Assembly (NCBI GenBank): GCA_951406725.2
Contig: OX597816.1
Span: 99,944,001 to 100,008,000 of the forward strand
From: Octopus vulgaris
Taxonomy: Eukaryota
Direction: 5' to 3'
DNA: 64,000 nt
A program made the position numbers and the translations under genes. Position 1 is the stretch's first letter. Every line of letters begins with the position of its first letter. The notes under the pieces are model-generated. The model searched no databases. It was not told the DNA's origin and was given only the letters and a program-made list of their open reading frames with translations. Shown one piece after another: positions 63,384-64,000 of this stretch.

Positions 63384-64000
63384 ATAATAGAAATATTAAA
63401 ATTACTAAGTCTCTCTAAAAGAGATTACAGCAGCGTTACTGGAAATTAATTGTTATCGCCATATTAATATGGCAGTCTTATAGATATAAGACTAAAAGCT
63501 GTCGCTGATTAGCTCCATGAGGCCATCGCCTTAAGATAGCTATTTGATACACAAACTGTATCCATTATAACCTTCAAACAAGGGAGGTCAGCCACTTCAT
63601 ACTGCTAGTCAGACAGCTACAGACACGTTTCAGGGTATTTGCCCTTTGTCAATGTAGCGTAGTCGACCCAGCAGGTGTCGCCACTGATCGTCTCTGTTCG
63701 AAGGTTTTATTTACCTAGTTTCGGTGGAATACATCCACTTGTTTTCAATAATAGAAATATTAAAATTACTAAGTCTCTCTAAAAGAGATTACGGTGGCAG
63801 CGTTACTGGAAATTAATTGTTAACACCATATTAATATGGCAGTCTTATAGATATAAGGCTAAAAGCTGTCGCTGTTTAGCTCCATGAGGTCATCGCCTTA
63901 AGATAGCTATTTGATACACAAACTATATCCATTATAACCTTCAAACAAGGGAGGTCAGCCGCTTCACACTGCTAGTCAGACAGCTACAGATGCGATAACA
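63384..64000 (-). mobile_element. 364-bp tandem repeat containing a hammerhead motif (retrozyme or Penelope pLTR-like)
   Basis: Unit starts ATAATAGAAATATTAAAATTAC at 63384 and again at 63748; second unit runs to the window edge. Confidence 0.8.
63616..63658 (-). ncRNA. Minimal type I hammerhead ribozyme, decayed core
   Basis: Minus strand: stem I GCTACA/TGTAGC, core TTGACAA (two changes from CTGACGA), stem II AGGG/CCCT, GAAAC-GT-GTC cleavage site. Confidence 0.7.

Overview
AT-rich eukaryotic DNA dominated by decayed transposable elements and (TA)n/(CA)n/(TATG)n microsatellites. The repeat families (RTE LINEs with (CAT)n tails, tRNA-derived SINEs, Naiad-type Penelope-like elements, Helitrons) look like an octopus/cephalopod genome; this is an inference from pattern recognition, not a database result. 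I found no convincing host protein-coding exon. The only host-gene-like signal is a tandemly duplicated promoter/first exon at about 12.2 kb and 13.9 kb (NRF1-like, YY1 and ETS motifs; ATG followed directly by GTAAG), so the rest may be a very large intron or intergenic DNA. The most interesting observations are: (1) hammerhead-ribozyme (HHR) bearing non-autonomous elements, one with a tRNA-like B box in an inverted, TSD-flanked arrangement (39.0-39.5 kb) and one as a 364-bp tandem repeat (63.4-64 kb); (2) mosaic Helitrons that carry a captured retroelement ORF1-like segment and permuted RepHel pieces, next to a Merlin transposase fragment; (3) a full-length 1.2-kb Tc1-like element with DD36E spacing; (4) a Naiad ORF bracketed by long inverted repeats. 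Boundaries of degenerate elements are approximate and were read by eye.
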